Shown: positions 56,001 through 62,985 of the stretch, piece after piece
How positions within the stretch are numbered: position 1 is the stretch's first letter
Layout: each line of letters starts with the position of its first letter
IMG/VR virus record: IMGVR_UViG_3300034137_000009
Coordinates: 1-62,985 of that record
Strand: one strand, 5' to 3'
DNA from: a virus
Lineage: Duplodnaviria > Caudoviricetes
DNA: 62,985 bases
Program-made: the position numbers and the translations under genes
Notes under the pieces: model-generated
What the model saw: only the letters and a program-made list of their open reading frames with translations
Databases searched by the model: none
What the model was told of the DNA's origin: nothing

Positions 56001-58765
56001 TTGGTGACGCCGCCGAAGTAGCCGGGCAGCGAGGAGAACCAGTCAACGATCCCACGCACGAATCCGCCAGTACCGCCGACGATGTCACGGTAGACAGATG
56101 CAATCTGGTCACGGAACAGGTAGAGAAGTCCGATAGCCCCGAGGACGGCCCAGCCGATCGGACCAGACAGTGCAACCGCGAGGGCGCGACCGATCAGCGC
56201 AAAGGACCGAACGCCCCCCGTAGCAAGGGCTATGAGAATACGGAAGCCACCGGCGAACAGCCCGGCAAGTGCGCCGGGTGAGGTCGCGAGAATGCGGATG
56301 CCAGCAACGCCAGCCGCCGCGGCCATGCCGATGGTTGCCGCGCCGACCTGGGCGATGAGGATGAGCGCCCGCCATGCCGCCGCGAATGCACCGCCGATGC
56401 CGAAGGTGATCACCGGCAGTGCGGCCATCATGGTGGACCACAGAACGGGAATCAGCGTGGTAAGGGTTGCGGTTCCGTACCGCATGAGGAACAGAACCGA
56501 GTTCCAGGCGGCCACCCATGCCGCCCCGATGGCGGTGGTCATGGCTGCGAGCCCGGCCATCATGCCCGCCCACAGCGGTCCTGTTACGGCGGCAAAGGTA
56601 GCGGTCGCGTAGCGCATGAGGAACAGGACTGTGTTCCACGCACCAGCGATAGCGTTACCGATGGAGATAGTCAGGTACCGCAGCATGAACATCATGCTGC
56701 CCCACAGCTGCCCGATCGGACCCGTGAGCGTCAGCAGCAGGTACCGCATGAGGAACAGCGTGCTAGCCCATGCAGCGGTGATCCCGCCGCCGATGGAGAT
56801 GGTCAGGTACCGCAGCATGAACATCATGCTGCCCCAGGCGGACGCAAGGGCGGGACCGGCAATGGCGGTGAAGGCCGTCAGGGCCGCGAGGAAACCTCGC
56901 CAGATGATGGTGCCGAACTCGACAAAGCTGAGCATGAGGTAGCGCAGCATGAAGAGTACGCTGCCCCACGCCGACGCAAGCGCCGCACCAGCGGGTGCGA
57001 GGACGGTTGCCATCGTGACCAGGAACCCGCGCCAGAGCATTGTGACCGCGTAGGCGAACGCACGGAACTGGGCACCGAACAGAAACCAGATGCCGGTCCA
57101 CACGGTGCTGAGCGCGGTACCGCCTGCAACGATGATCGTGGCAAGAAGCGGGAACAGACCGGTCAGCATAGCTGCAGTGCTCTGCGCGAGGTACACCATG
57201 ACAGCGGCAGAACGAACAGCGAACGTAGCGAAGGCAAGTGCGGCGGTACCGGCCCAGCCAACGATGGCGGGGATGGTCGAGAACAGCGCAACGGGCAGTG
57301 TGATCACTGCACCGAGGATGCCGAACAGGCCAGACATAATGGCACCGAAGGGTGCGGCGGCCATGAAGACCAGACCGCGACCGATGGCAAAGAACGGGGT
57401 CGACAGACCAACGGTGAACTTGGCGAGCGTGACGCCGAGGAGCATGAACGCACCGGTGAGCCGGGTCACCAGACCGAACACCATGACGAACGCGAGTGCC
57501 GCACCAACCATCTTGAGAATGGCGGGGTTCATCTCGCTGATGCGCTGACCGAGCATGGCGAACTGCTGTCCGGCGTACACCAAAACAGGAATGAGCGGCT
57601 GGATGATGTCAGCCATCACGTTCTGGAAGATAACACCGATCTGCTTCATCTTCTGCGGGTTCGACTCCAGGACAGCGTTGAGCTCGCGCACACGCTGCTG
57701 GTAGTTGCGAACCTCGCTACTGGTTGCGTTAAGCGCCTTCTGGTAGTACCCGTTCTTGTTGATGATGTCGCGCATGAGAACATCGAACCGGCTGATCTGG
57801 TACCGGCTAGCGATGTAGGTACTGACGACCGACTTCTGCGCATCGTCGAGGCCCTCAAACTTGCGGGCCAGCAGCTCGAGGCGCTGTGCGGCATTGAGGG
57901 ACTTCCAGCCCACCTCGGCGGTGCCAATGCCCATCTTGTGCAGCAGCTTGCTAGCGTCGTCGGTCGGGGCAAGCAGTCGGCTGATGATGGTCTTCAGTGC
58001 ATTACCGGCGTTCGCGGCCGTACCAGATGCAGGCACCAGGGCAGCCATCATCGCAGCCAGGTGACGCACGTCGACCCCAGCGGTTCGTGCCACACCCGCC
58101 GCACGCGCCAGGCCCTGCACGAGGCCCTGCATGGAGACACCGGTCTGGTTCTCCACCATGTTCAGGGTGTCGATGGTCTTGGCCAGCTCCTCAGTGGACT
58201 GACCGTACTGCGCCTGAATGGCGATGAGGGCGGTGGTAGCCTCCGCGGCCTCCATCTCACCCAAGACCATAGTCTCCATGGTGAGCTTGACGCTCTTTGC
58301 CAGGGCTAGACCAGATGCACCAGCAGCTGCCCAGTCGGCGGCGATGTTGATAACGTCCTTCTGCGCAACACCGAACCGGTTGGACAGCGCCTCAAAGGCA
58401 CGCTCTAGTGCGGGAATCTCGGTCTTTGCGAGCTGCTGAAAGACCTCGGACCCGTCGCCGTAGACCTTACGAACGCGGGTCATAGCTTTCTCGTTATCGA
58501 GAGCAAACTTGACCGCAGCGGCGCCGGCGATAGCCAACGGGATACCGAAGTTGTAGTGGATCTGACGACCGGTCGCCTGCATTGCGGTACCCCACCGAGT
58601 ACCGGCCTGCATGGCGCGAGCAAAGCTGTTACCGGCCAGGGCAGAAGTACGGTTGGACCGGTTGACCGAGGCGTCAAACGCGGCGATCTCACCACGCATC
58701 TGCCGCATCTGCCGCATACCGTTCGCGGCGAGAACGCGGATCGTGATATTCGCGTAGGCGTTCAA
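50042..58765 (-). CDS. tape measure protein (2907 aa)
   Basis: TP901-type N-terminus, W/F-spaced helical repeats, HSPS motif, C-terminal ITS..RPG..SYH..GRAVD...HWNHVH peptidase-like motif. Confidence 0.95.
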   Translation of the reverse strand: MNAYANITIRVLAANGMRQMRQMRGEIAAFDASVNRSNRTSALAGNSFARAMQAGTRWGTAMQATGRQIHYNFGIPLAIAGAAAVKFALDNEKAMTRVRKVYGDGSEVFQQLAKTEIPALERAFEALSNRFGVAQKDVINIAADWAAAGASGLALAKSVKLTMETMVLGEMEAAEATTALIAIQAQYGQSTEELAKTIDTLNMVENQTGVSMQGLVQGLARAAGVARTAGVDVRHLAAMMAALVPASGTAANAGNALKTIISRLLAPTDDASKLLHKMGIGTAEVGWKSLNAAQRLELLARKFEGLDDAQKSVVSTYIASRYQISRFDVLMRDIINKNGYYQKALNATSSEVRNYQQRVRELNAVLESNPQKMKQIGVIFQNVMADIIQPLIPVLVYAGQQFAMLGQRISEMNPAILKMVGAALAFVMVFGLVTRLTGAFMLLGVTLAKFTVGLSTPFFAIGRGLVFMAAAPFGAIMSGLFGILGAVITLPVALFSTIPAIVGWAGTAALAFATFAVRSAAVMVYLAQSTAAMLTGLFPLLATIIVAGGTALSTVWTGIWFLFGAQFRAFAYAVTMLWRGFLVTMATVLAPAGAALASAWGSVLFMLRYLMLSFVEFGTIIWRGFLAALTAFTAIAGPALASAWGSMMFMLRYLTISIGGGITAAWASTLFLMRYLLLTLTGPIGQLWGSMMFMLRYLTISIGNAIAGAWNTVLFLMRYATATFAAVTGPLWAGMMAGLAAMTTAIGAAWVAAWNSVLFLMRYGTATLTTLIPVLWSTMMAALPVITFGIGGAFAAAWRALILIAQVGAATIGMAAAAGVAGIRILATSPGALAGLFAGGFRILIALATGGVRSFALIGRALAVALSGPIGWAVLGAIGLLYLFRDQIASVYRDIVGGTGGFVRGIVDWFSSLPGYFGGVTNAIIKSFNMLPLGVRNAFQAVVDIVRQAALAVYDMFSYFNPFAHHSPSLVENVTNGMAAVTGQYALMARNTGGILAKAKSDLAAYKKMAASMGGGEWNKEREEVKKAKPAALPVFDALVSDLSGLNAELARQNAVVQGQERVVARWKARLDEANASLDKQNAILDGLRDHLQDLQAQYDGHKDKLEAYATAPLIGMGKQQDAIFANDLAQKKLRLQILQTGAASKAAADAAAAAYDREKNTLDQLEAKLSDIRGEIDAHKQAMQDYASTPIKGMGAMSDAIFENQMAQKRLRLEMMKMEDAGGSIDDVRKKLGELQGDIERGQSEISDLRLAGAGSDITGPMMDNLNAMEKQRAQLEASMDQTGIAKLQKELDALAREGERLDLENSINFDPLTRQIEELANAKNELPFDEIIAGINREKAAIDQLTPSYNQAEAAVRRQEAVVKEAAATRDAANAAYDREKAKIDELEAALAKLQTQGEIMQLKYDIEFGPALHEIEKLTNTQKEMSFDTIVAGIKTEQAAMDALTPKIAAATAAVEAQEAAIKKAEIARDAVQAQYDAEQAKLDKVKQSYEEVADAIREVEAALRSMNSTAADINTAAAAAKGPKPSPAEQNFMDAEGGNFPEVGGNAQIGREALPGRPLLEDQSKAIDEFTKGIALDTAGMLGQFDMFGPIKDMWRKTWTWIKDNVGPYVIPIWTSVKELFTGGNPFGGAAVAGTWLSETFAPVGGFFSSMWSGIMVGVNAFWGGLKAIYGFFAEDFKAIWGAVLTAFKTAWTELGPAVSAFFPLIMPALEALWNVLKIIVAVIAVPLLAALKLISSVLAETLGPVLDFVIKSFANFIDMVRGVVQVLIGIFTGDFAMIKDGVVTIVKAMWDQVKNIFENVPKILWGIVEGLFKGIWDIIKAAGVLIWAAIKGIWGGVKDISQDFYDAMPGPIQAVLNVVIGIFKFFGGIIEGVFKALWAVVKFLWENVASPIFDLIVATFKAMGATFEFIYNTVLKPLFSAIGTLFEALGTAVKWVWEKVVEPVWNLWWGTVKRVWETVGLVLLIAIVGALKIMGEGFELIWTKVISPAWNAFTGGLKAGWKFGKEVLDGIGVALKVLGQAFEDVYALVIKPLWDRFTGYLGTAWRSLGKPVLDGIGTALTILGNSFTFLWDKVVQPAWKAFMSGLGSLWDQYGKGGINKIIGGINAVTSAINTLFKGLNAVGSKLGIGLKIDLIPQIPQLAVGGYVPQTTVGAGFKTKGARAIVGEGSSSHPEYVVPTDPRFRGRATQLHAQLTKDLGLNVPQYENGGILDKARDAAGSVGGAVKDAAGAVASGVAAVGSAIQKGAVMAALAPFLKGYDLAMDATDLRGPVREIANNRKNAFYNWAKGESDKYDKKAEAEARAAAAAAGSSGPALSPGNGAPAGSGWRGIDNWLNANAPGLDKVITSTVRPGDGGSYHQTGRAVDYQPHGGPAVHKNQGFGNSGLRAIFNALMPIAGSLKEVILAGAPFNIKNGRQVPGYAWGRPGEPGNHWNHVHAALAEGGVVPTRMPMLAEGGIVRRATTAVIGEAGPEAVMPLGPLMDALTSTASAVNQLNLDSALRAARWETMWLEGERTTAGQIIGGITLGNSGIVDAITAQTATLGEQLTTLHTEGLAKAQELYDARLIFDTDANTALIELLTANHAAVVENWATEASALVEAQTSLTDLLTDHDVNRREDTQTLVEAIASLAESIGGVLDELRTQVASAQETANQALEAANNAAAAAGAAAAAAQANADAIAQAQAAATSAPDVPATESATGSTAFGNGKAPGADALAAFVNPAAIALEKSIAAHPLPKQTPENDWLIQHMSSSQLTPRQLAYADMYGLTLKMAKGGIVNNATNAIIGERGPEAVVPLTQFFGRLDDGFRAIATVTAGVKESLDRGITVNRIENLPTGGGGAATGLVASAAGRVASVTQQAPVPANQSNGARTININGDLVLPNIKSGDDAEAFLRNLENLAG

Positions 58766-58834
58766 GAACGAGGCCTCCAGACCTATCAGTCCGTGATGGG
58801 CCTCTGGTGCCCTACAACTGACGGATGATACACG

Positions 58835-58867
58835 ACACCCCCGGCGCTATGGAAGCACCGGGGGTGT
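58835..58867 (-). terminator. hairpin between tail chaperone and tape measure
   Basis: ACACCCCCGG / CCGGGGGTGT. Confidence 0.55.
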
Positions 58868-58874
58868 ACGTGAT

Positions 58875-59153
58875 CTAGCGGCGGCCTGCCACCCGACCTC
58901 CGCCGCCCTTGCCACGCTTGGATTCGACCTCGCGCTTGCGCGCTTCCTTCGCCTCGTGCTCATTGCGCTTAGCGAAGATGTAACGCCAGGCCTCTAGAAG
59001 ATCGGGGTGCTGGTCGTAGAGGCCACCCGCCCACGGGAGGTGGGACCACTTCATCGACTCGCACAGTACAAACAGGCGAATCGAGGTGAGCGGGTTGTCG
59101 ACGGCCTTGCCCTCGACGAACAGCGCTACCTGTTCTTCTAGGAGACGTTTCCC
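58875..59153 (-). CDS. tail assembly chaperone, frameshifted C-terminal extension
   Basis: Slippery G_GGA_AAC at 59153-59147; -1 frame open to TAG at 58877-58875 (…HLPWAGGLYDQHP…). Confidence 0.85.
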   Translation of the reverse strand, partial: GKRLLEEQVALFVEGKAVDNPLTSIRLFVLCESMKWSHLPWAGGLYDQHPDLLEAWRYIFAKRNEHEAKEARKREVESKRGKGGGGRVAGRR

Positions 59154-59632
59154 CGCTCGCGCTCCTCCGCGATCTTACGCATCTCCTGCAGGTTCTCGAT
59201 CTCGCGGTCGATGTCCTCCACGGACATCTCGGCCATGAGCCAGGGGTTGGCCTTGCGGACGGCCTTCTCGAGGTCCTCGATGAGGACCGGGTCGGCGAGC
59301 TCGAGGAAGTCCTTGAAGGCCCGCTCGGTGTACGGGATCGGCTGACCGCCGCGGGTGAGGTACCAGTCGGTGACCGACGAGCGGAGCAGCTCGTGACGCT
59401 CCTGGCTCGGGTCCACCTTCATGCGAGCGTTGCCGCTGTTGCGCTCCAGGACGAGGTCGCGCTGGGTGTGCTTCTGGAACTTTGCCTTCTTGCCCTCGTT
59501 CATGATCTCGAACTCGATGTACTGCTTGCCGTCCGGGAAGTACCAGCGCTCGGTCTTGGCGAAGCCGAAGTAGTCCTCGTAGACCGGCTGCTCGACCTCG
59601 AGCTGCGGGGTGTCCTGCGTGGGGGTGCTCAT
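59138..59632 (-). CDS. tail assembly chaperone
   Basis: Between major tail and tape measure; ends RGNVS over GGGAAAC. Confidence 0.88.
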   Translation of the reverse strand: MSTPTQDTPQLEVEQPVYEDYFGFAKTERWYFPDGKQYIEFEIMNEGKKAKFQKHTQRDLVLERNSGNARMKVDPSQERHELLRSSVTDWYLTRGGQPIPYTERAFKDFLELADPVLIEDLEKAVRKANPWLMAEMSVEDIDREIENLQEMRKIAEERERGNVS

Positions 59633-59731
59633 AGCCTGTGACCCTCCAAGAGTCTTCGTGGCTTCGGGTGTCGGGTGAACCTACCCTCGACCGGTCGGAA
59701 CGGTCAAGGGACCTATCGGGCCTCTCACCAC

Positions 59732-59767
59732 CTCGGCCCCCGTACCCTTGCGGGTGCGGGGGCCGAG
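59732..59767 (-). terminator. hairpin after major tail gene
   Basis: CTCGGCCCCCGCACCC-GCAA-GGGTACGGGGGCCGAG on the - strand (GNRA loop). Confidence 0.65.
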
Positions 59768-59789
59768 ATAGCCGAGGTAGCGGTCTGTG

Positions 59790-60806
59790 CTAGGCGATGG
59801 TCGCCACGGTACCGGCGCGCTTGACGACAGCCGTCATGATCGGCGTGGCGTTGTTCGGACGAACGGCCTGACCCTCGACGTCGTTCTCGATCACGTCGTC
59901 ACCCGAGTGCTCCAGGCTGAACGGCGAGAGCATGTAGTTCGGGATCGTGAGGGTGAGGCTGTTCTTGGTCGTCGGGGTACCACCGACGATGTCCTCGTAG
60001 GACTGCGCCGTGATCACGAGCTGCTGCTTGGCGGTCAGACCACCGGGCTGCGTCGCGGTCGAGACACCGTACACGGCCTGACGCCACAGGGCGGAAGACG
60101 TGTGACGGATGCCGAAGGACGCCGTGATCTCGCGACGCTTCGGCGTGAGGTCACCCAGGTAGAAAGAACCCAGGCGGTAGTCGTCGTCCTCGAAGTTGTT
60201 GGTGATGTCGAGGCTGAACGACTTGGCCGGCAGGCTCACTGCGTTGTAGGTGATGCCGATGTTCGTACCGACCGTCAGGGGCGCGGTGTCGAAGAGCGGG
60301 GTCGCCGTCTTCGTCGCACCAGCGACCTGACGAGCACCGATCAGACCGAGGGTGCCCATGAGGTACCCGTTGGCGTCGGCCTCGAGGTGGAACGTGTTGG
60401 CGACGCAGTCCGTGTAGTTGTACGTCTCCAGCGTCCCACCGATGTTCTCCTCCACCGACAGGTACGGCAGGGCCGAGGTGTCCGAGGGGGTGATGGTGTC
60501 CGTGACGATGCCAGTGGCGACAGCGCTGGTTGCCGAGCCGAGGCAGGCACGCAGCATGGTCGGCAGCGACCCGTAGCGGACGTAGAACTCGTAGTCGCCG
60601 GACCACGAGACGGCGCCGAGGTAGGCGTCGCGCACGTCACGCCCGCCACCGATCTCGGCGTCGGGGATGAGCAGCTCGCGGGACGGACCGAGGGAACCGG
60701 ACCGCAGCGGAACACCGACACCAGCGGTACCGGTGTCAGCGTTGAAGGTACCCTGCGCGGTCTGCGACCTGAGGATGACCTGGCCGGACTGGGACTGGAA
60801 GCCCAT
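59790..60806 (-). CDS. major tail (tube) protein
   Basis: Position, size, strong codon bias, FSLDITNN motif. Confidence 0.88.
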   Translation of the reverse strand: MGFQSQSGQVILRSQTAQGTFNADTGTAGVGVPLRSGSLGPSRELLIPDAEIGGGRDVRDAYLGAVSWSGDYEFYVRYGSLPTMLRACLGSATSAVATGIVTDTITPSDTSALPYLSVEENIGGTLETYNYTDCVANTFHLEADANGYLMGTLGLIGARQVAGATKTATPLFDTAPLTVGTNIGITYNAVSLPAKSFSLDITNNFEDDDYRLGSFYLGDLTPKRREITASFGIRHTSSALWRQAVYGVSTATQPGGLTAKQQLVITAQSYEDIVGGTPTTKNSLTLTIPNYMLSPFSLEHSGDDVIENDVEGQAVRPNNATPIMTAVVKRAGTVATIA

Positions 60807-60809
60807 GTG

Positions 60810-61145
60810 CTACGCCTCCTTCGGCGCGTCGTCGGACGCCTTGGCGGACGCCTTGGCGGCGGCCTCCGCGGCCTTCTGGGCGGCGACGGCTCGCTCCATG
60901 TCGGCCTTCGCGGCCTCCAGGGGCGCACCAGCACCGGTCTTCACGTTCGCGGCCTTCGCCGACTCCTTGACGGCGATGAGCTCGACGTCGAGTCGAGCCT
61001 CCTCGGCGCGGAGCCGTGCGGCCGTCTCGTCGTTGACGAGGGCGCGCTCGCGCTCCTCGCGCAGGGCGGTGGCCGCGGCCAGCTCCTGCCGCTTCTTCTC
61101 GACGCTCTCCTGCAGCTTCTGCAGGTCCTCGTCACTCGTGGGCAT
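60810..61145 (-). CDS. coiled-coil hypothetical protein
   Basis: Helical E/A/K-rich. Confidence 0.75.
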   Translation of the reverse strand: MPTSDEDLQKLQESVEKKRQELAAATALREERERALVNDETAARLRAEEARLDVELIAVKESAKAANVKTGAGAPLEAAKADMERAVAAQKAAEAAAKASAKASDDAPKEA

Positions 61146-61640
61146 CTACACGGTCTCCGTCTCTAGCCAGAACTCCAGGGTGGACAAGTACAGGAAGTCT
61201 CCGTCGATCTCATTGCTGAAGAACCGCTGGGATCTGATTCCCCAACGCCTGGCCCTCTCCACACTGTCGTTCATCGTGACCGACAGCGAGGACAACCCTA
61301 CGCGCAGGGGTTCGTCCCGGTACAGCATGGAGCGGATCATCTTCGACAACACGGAGTGTCGTGCGAGTCCCCTTTCCTCGTTGAAGTCCTTGACGAACGC
61401 CTGCACCGCGATCAGGTAGGTCTGCAGGGTTGGCTCGTTTCGACCCATAGGCTGGCCCATGATCTGCATGGACTCGCTATCGGGCTCCCAGGTTGCGGCG
61501 ATGATGCCAGCAGACACCTGAGGATCGGACTCACGAAGGGGACGACGAAACACGCGAATCTGCTCGTCAAGCAGCCCCGTACGGAGCGCGACTAGGTTGA
61601 CCGCGTTGTTGGGAAAAACGACTGTGTCTTCGCTGATCAT
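61146..61640 (-). CDS. putative tail terminator/completion protein
   Basis: Synteny and size. Confidence 0.6.
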   Translation of the reverse strand: MISEDTVVFPNNAVNLVALRTGLLDEQIRVFRRPLRESDPQVSAGIIAATWEPDSESMQIMGQPMGRNEPTLQTYLIAVQAFVKDFNEERGLARHSVLSKMIRSMLYRDEPLRVGLSSLSVTMNDSVERARRWGIRSQRFFSNEIDGDFLYLSTLEFWLETETV

Positions 61641-62164
61641 CGCCCGAACCTTGAACCCTTGATGGAACCGGCAAGGGCGGTGAGGATGAACGTAAGGTCC
61701 TGCGGTCCGATGGCGGCCACGGGGCGCGGAGGTGTGGCGCGCTGACCCGCCTCGGCCTTCTTGCCCATCTGTGCCGTCTTAACCTTCTTCGCCAGCTCGC
61801 CGGTGGGCTTGTTGGGCTTCATCTGAAGAGTAGCACCGGCCGCGTGTACCTGCAAGTCCGACGGTGCGCCAACGATGTAGGCCTCGAGCTCACCGGTCCT
61901 TTTGTTGATCGGACCGGTGGCACCATATCCCTGTGAAGAACGAATCTGCTGGGTAGCCTCAGCAAGCGGAAGCCATCCCCCGCCGACTGCGTCGTCACCC
62001 TCGTTAGCGAACCTGTCCTTGGCTCGCTTGCGCAGGTAGGGGTCCACGACGGCACCGAGAAACCCGGCCACAGCGACAGGGTTAAGTGCAGTGTCAAGAC
62101 GCTTGAGCATTTTCTGAACACCGGCGCTGTCACCGATGATGGCAACGTCCATCGAGGTGGGCAC
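61637..62164 (-). CDS. virion morphogenesis (tail completion) protein
   Basis: RFANEG....W.PL...T, TG.L, Q.G, PPRP motifs. Confidence 0.75.
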   Translation of the reverse strand: MPTSMDVAIIGDSAGVQKMLKRLDTALNPVAVAGFLGAVVDPYLRKRAKDRFANEGDDAVGGGWLPLAEATQQIRSSQGYGATGPINKRTGELEAYIVGAPSDLQVHAAGATLQMKPNKPTGELAKKVKTAQMGKKAEAGQRATPPRPVAAIGPQDLTFILTALAGSIKGSRFGR

Positions 62165-62634
62165 TAGAAGAACCCTCTCCTCGGAGCGACCCGGTTGTAG
62201 AATGCCTCGACGTGGGACTCGCGGTCGAGGTTAGCGATGAGTGCGAATGCATTGGAGGACACGCTGTGGTCCTGAGGGTTTGCCGTCTCCTCGTTGATGG
62301 GAGCTCCCGGAAGCAACTGCTCGCCCGTGGCGATGGCTACCAGCGTGAGCTCAACACTGTCAACGAGGTTCTGGCCGTATGCGTTGAGACGCTCATCCTC
62401 GGCGGAGATCGTAGCGGCGAGAATCAGCCGACCGGAGGCTAGATGAGCGTTGAGACGCTTCAGGAGGAGGACGACGGGGCGGGGGACGCTAGCGACATCG
62501 ACCGGAGTCTCATACTGAAATCCGATCTTGCTGTCGATCTCGTCCGCCGCATCATTTACGTACTTCAGCGGGTCAAGCTGTCCACCGGTCGGAATGTCAC
62601 CGATCAGCAGATCCTGAACCGTGCAGTACGCCAC
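62164..62634 (-). CDS. head-tail adaptor (Mu gp36-like)
   Basis: MAYCTVQDL, A.DEID..IG..Y..P, L..IA.G. Confidence 0.75.
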   Translation of the reverse strand: MAYCTVQDLLIGDIPTGGQLDPLKYVNDAADEIDSKIGFQYETPVDVASVPRPVVLLLKRLNAHLASGRLILAATISAEDERLNAYGQNLVDSVELTLVAIATGEQLLPGAPINEETANPQDHSVSSNAFALIANLDRESHVEAFYNRVAPRRGFF

Positions 62635-62670
62635 GTCGTCGCCCTCCTCCTGTTGCGGTTGGTGCTGGTA

Positions 62671-62979
62671 CTACTCGGGCGTGCGAGCGGGGGCCTTCTG
62701 CGGGACCCGACTGCCGGACACCTTCGGCTTCTCGGCGTCGGACGCCTCGGCCTTGTCGTCCCCGGCGTCCGCACCGAGCACCTCGGTCTTGACACCCTGA
62801 CCGCTCGTGGTGGCGTAGACGACCGGGGTCGAAGCGCCACTACCGAGGGTCTGCTCGTTGTTCTCCTCCGGCGGCGTACCGTCGAAGGCGAACTGGTTGT
62901 CGAGCAGGTGCTTGTGCGACTCGAGCTCCGGACCGCTCTCGGCGAGCAGCGGCTTCTCGGTGTCGCTGGCGTGGGTCAT
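62671..62979 (-). CDS. hypothetical protein
   Basis: Codon bias; upstream of the adaptor. Confidence 0.65.
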   Translation of the reverse strand: MTHASDTEKPLLAESGPELESHKHLLDNQFAFDGTPPEENNEQTLGSGASTPVVYATTSGQGVKTEVLGADAGDDKAEASDAEKPKVSGSRVPQKAPARTPE

Positions 62980-62985
62980 GTACTC

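Overview
This window is part of a high-GC, long-tailed dsDNA phage (siphovirus-type) of an Actinomycetota host. The evidence is a WhiB gene, an M15-type lysin, SigA-like promoters and a tape-measure/tail module. The + strand (1-34181) starts with an early region of small unknown genes, many separated by conserved long hairpins. It continues with a MoxR-type AAA ATPase and a VWA/HEXXH partner, a ~500-nt structured non-coding region with a circularly permuted tRNA-like domain, and DNA-metabolism genes (glycosylase-like protein, tyrosine recombinase, SSB-like protein, gp88-like protein, SNF2 helicase, Orn-like exonuclease, beta-clamp, RusA, DNA methyltransferase). The - strand carries head-tail connector, tail, tape-measure, minor tail and lysis genes (39784-62979) and a detached fibre/adhesin module (34238-37631). 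A + strand WhiB / Cas4-like nuclease / Zn-ribbon island lies between these two blocks. Capsid, portal, terminase, primase and polymerase were not recognised in the window. The best leads are: (1) the structured RNA and the Sm-like gene just upstream of it; (2) a repeated stop-codon-anchored hairpin family between early genes; (3) a WhiB domain with no start codon, apparently reached by -1 frameshift; (4) an ORF overprinted on the acidic linker of the VWA protein. All calls come from reading motifs by eye; no searches or folding programs were run.
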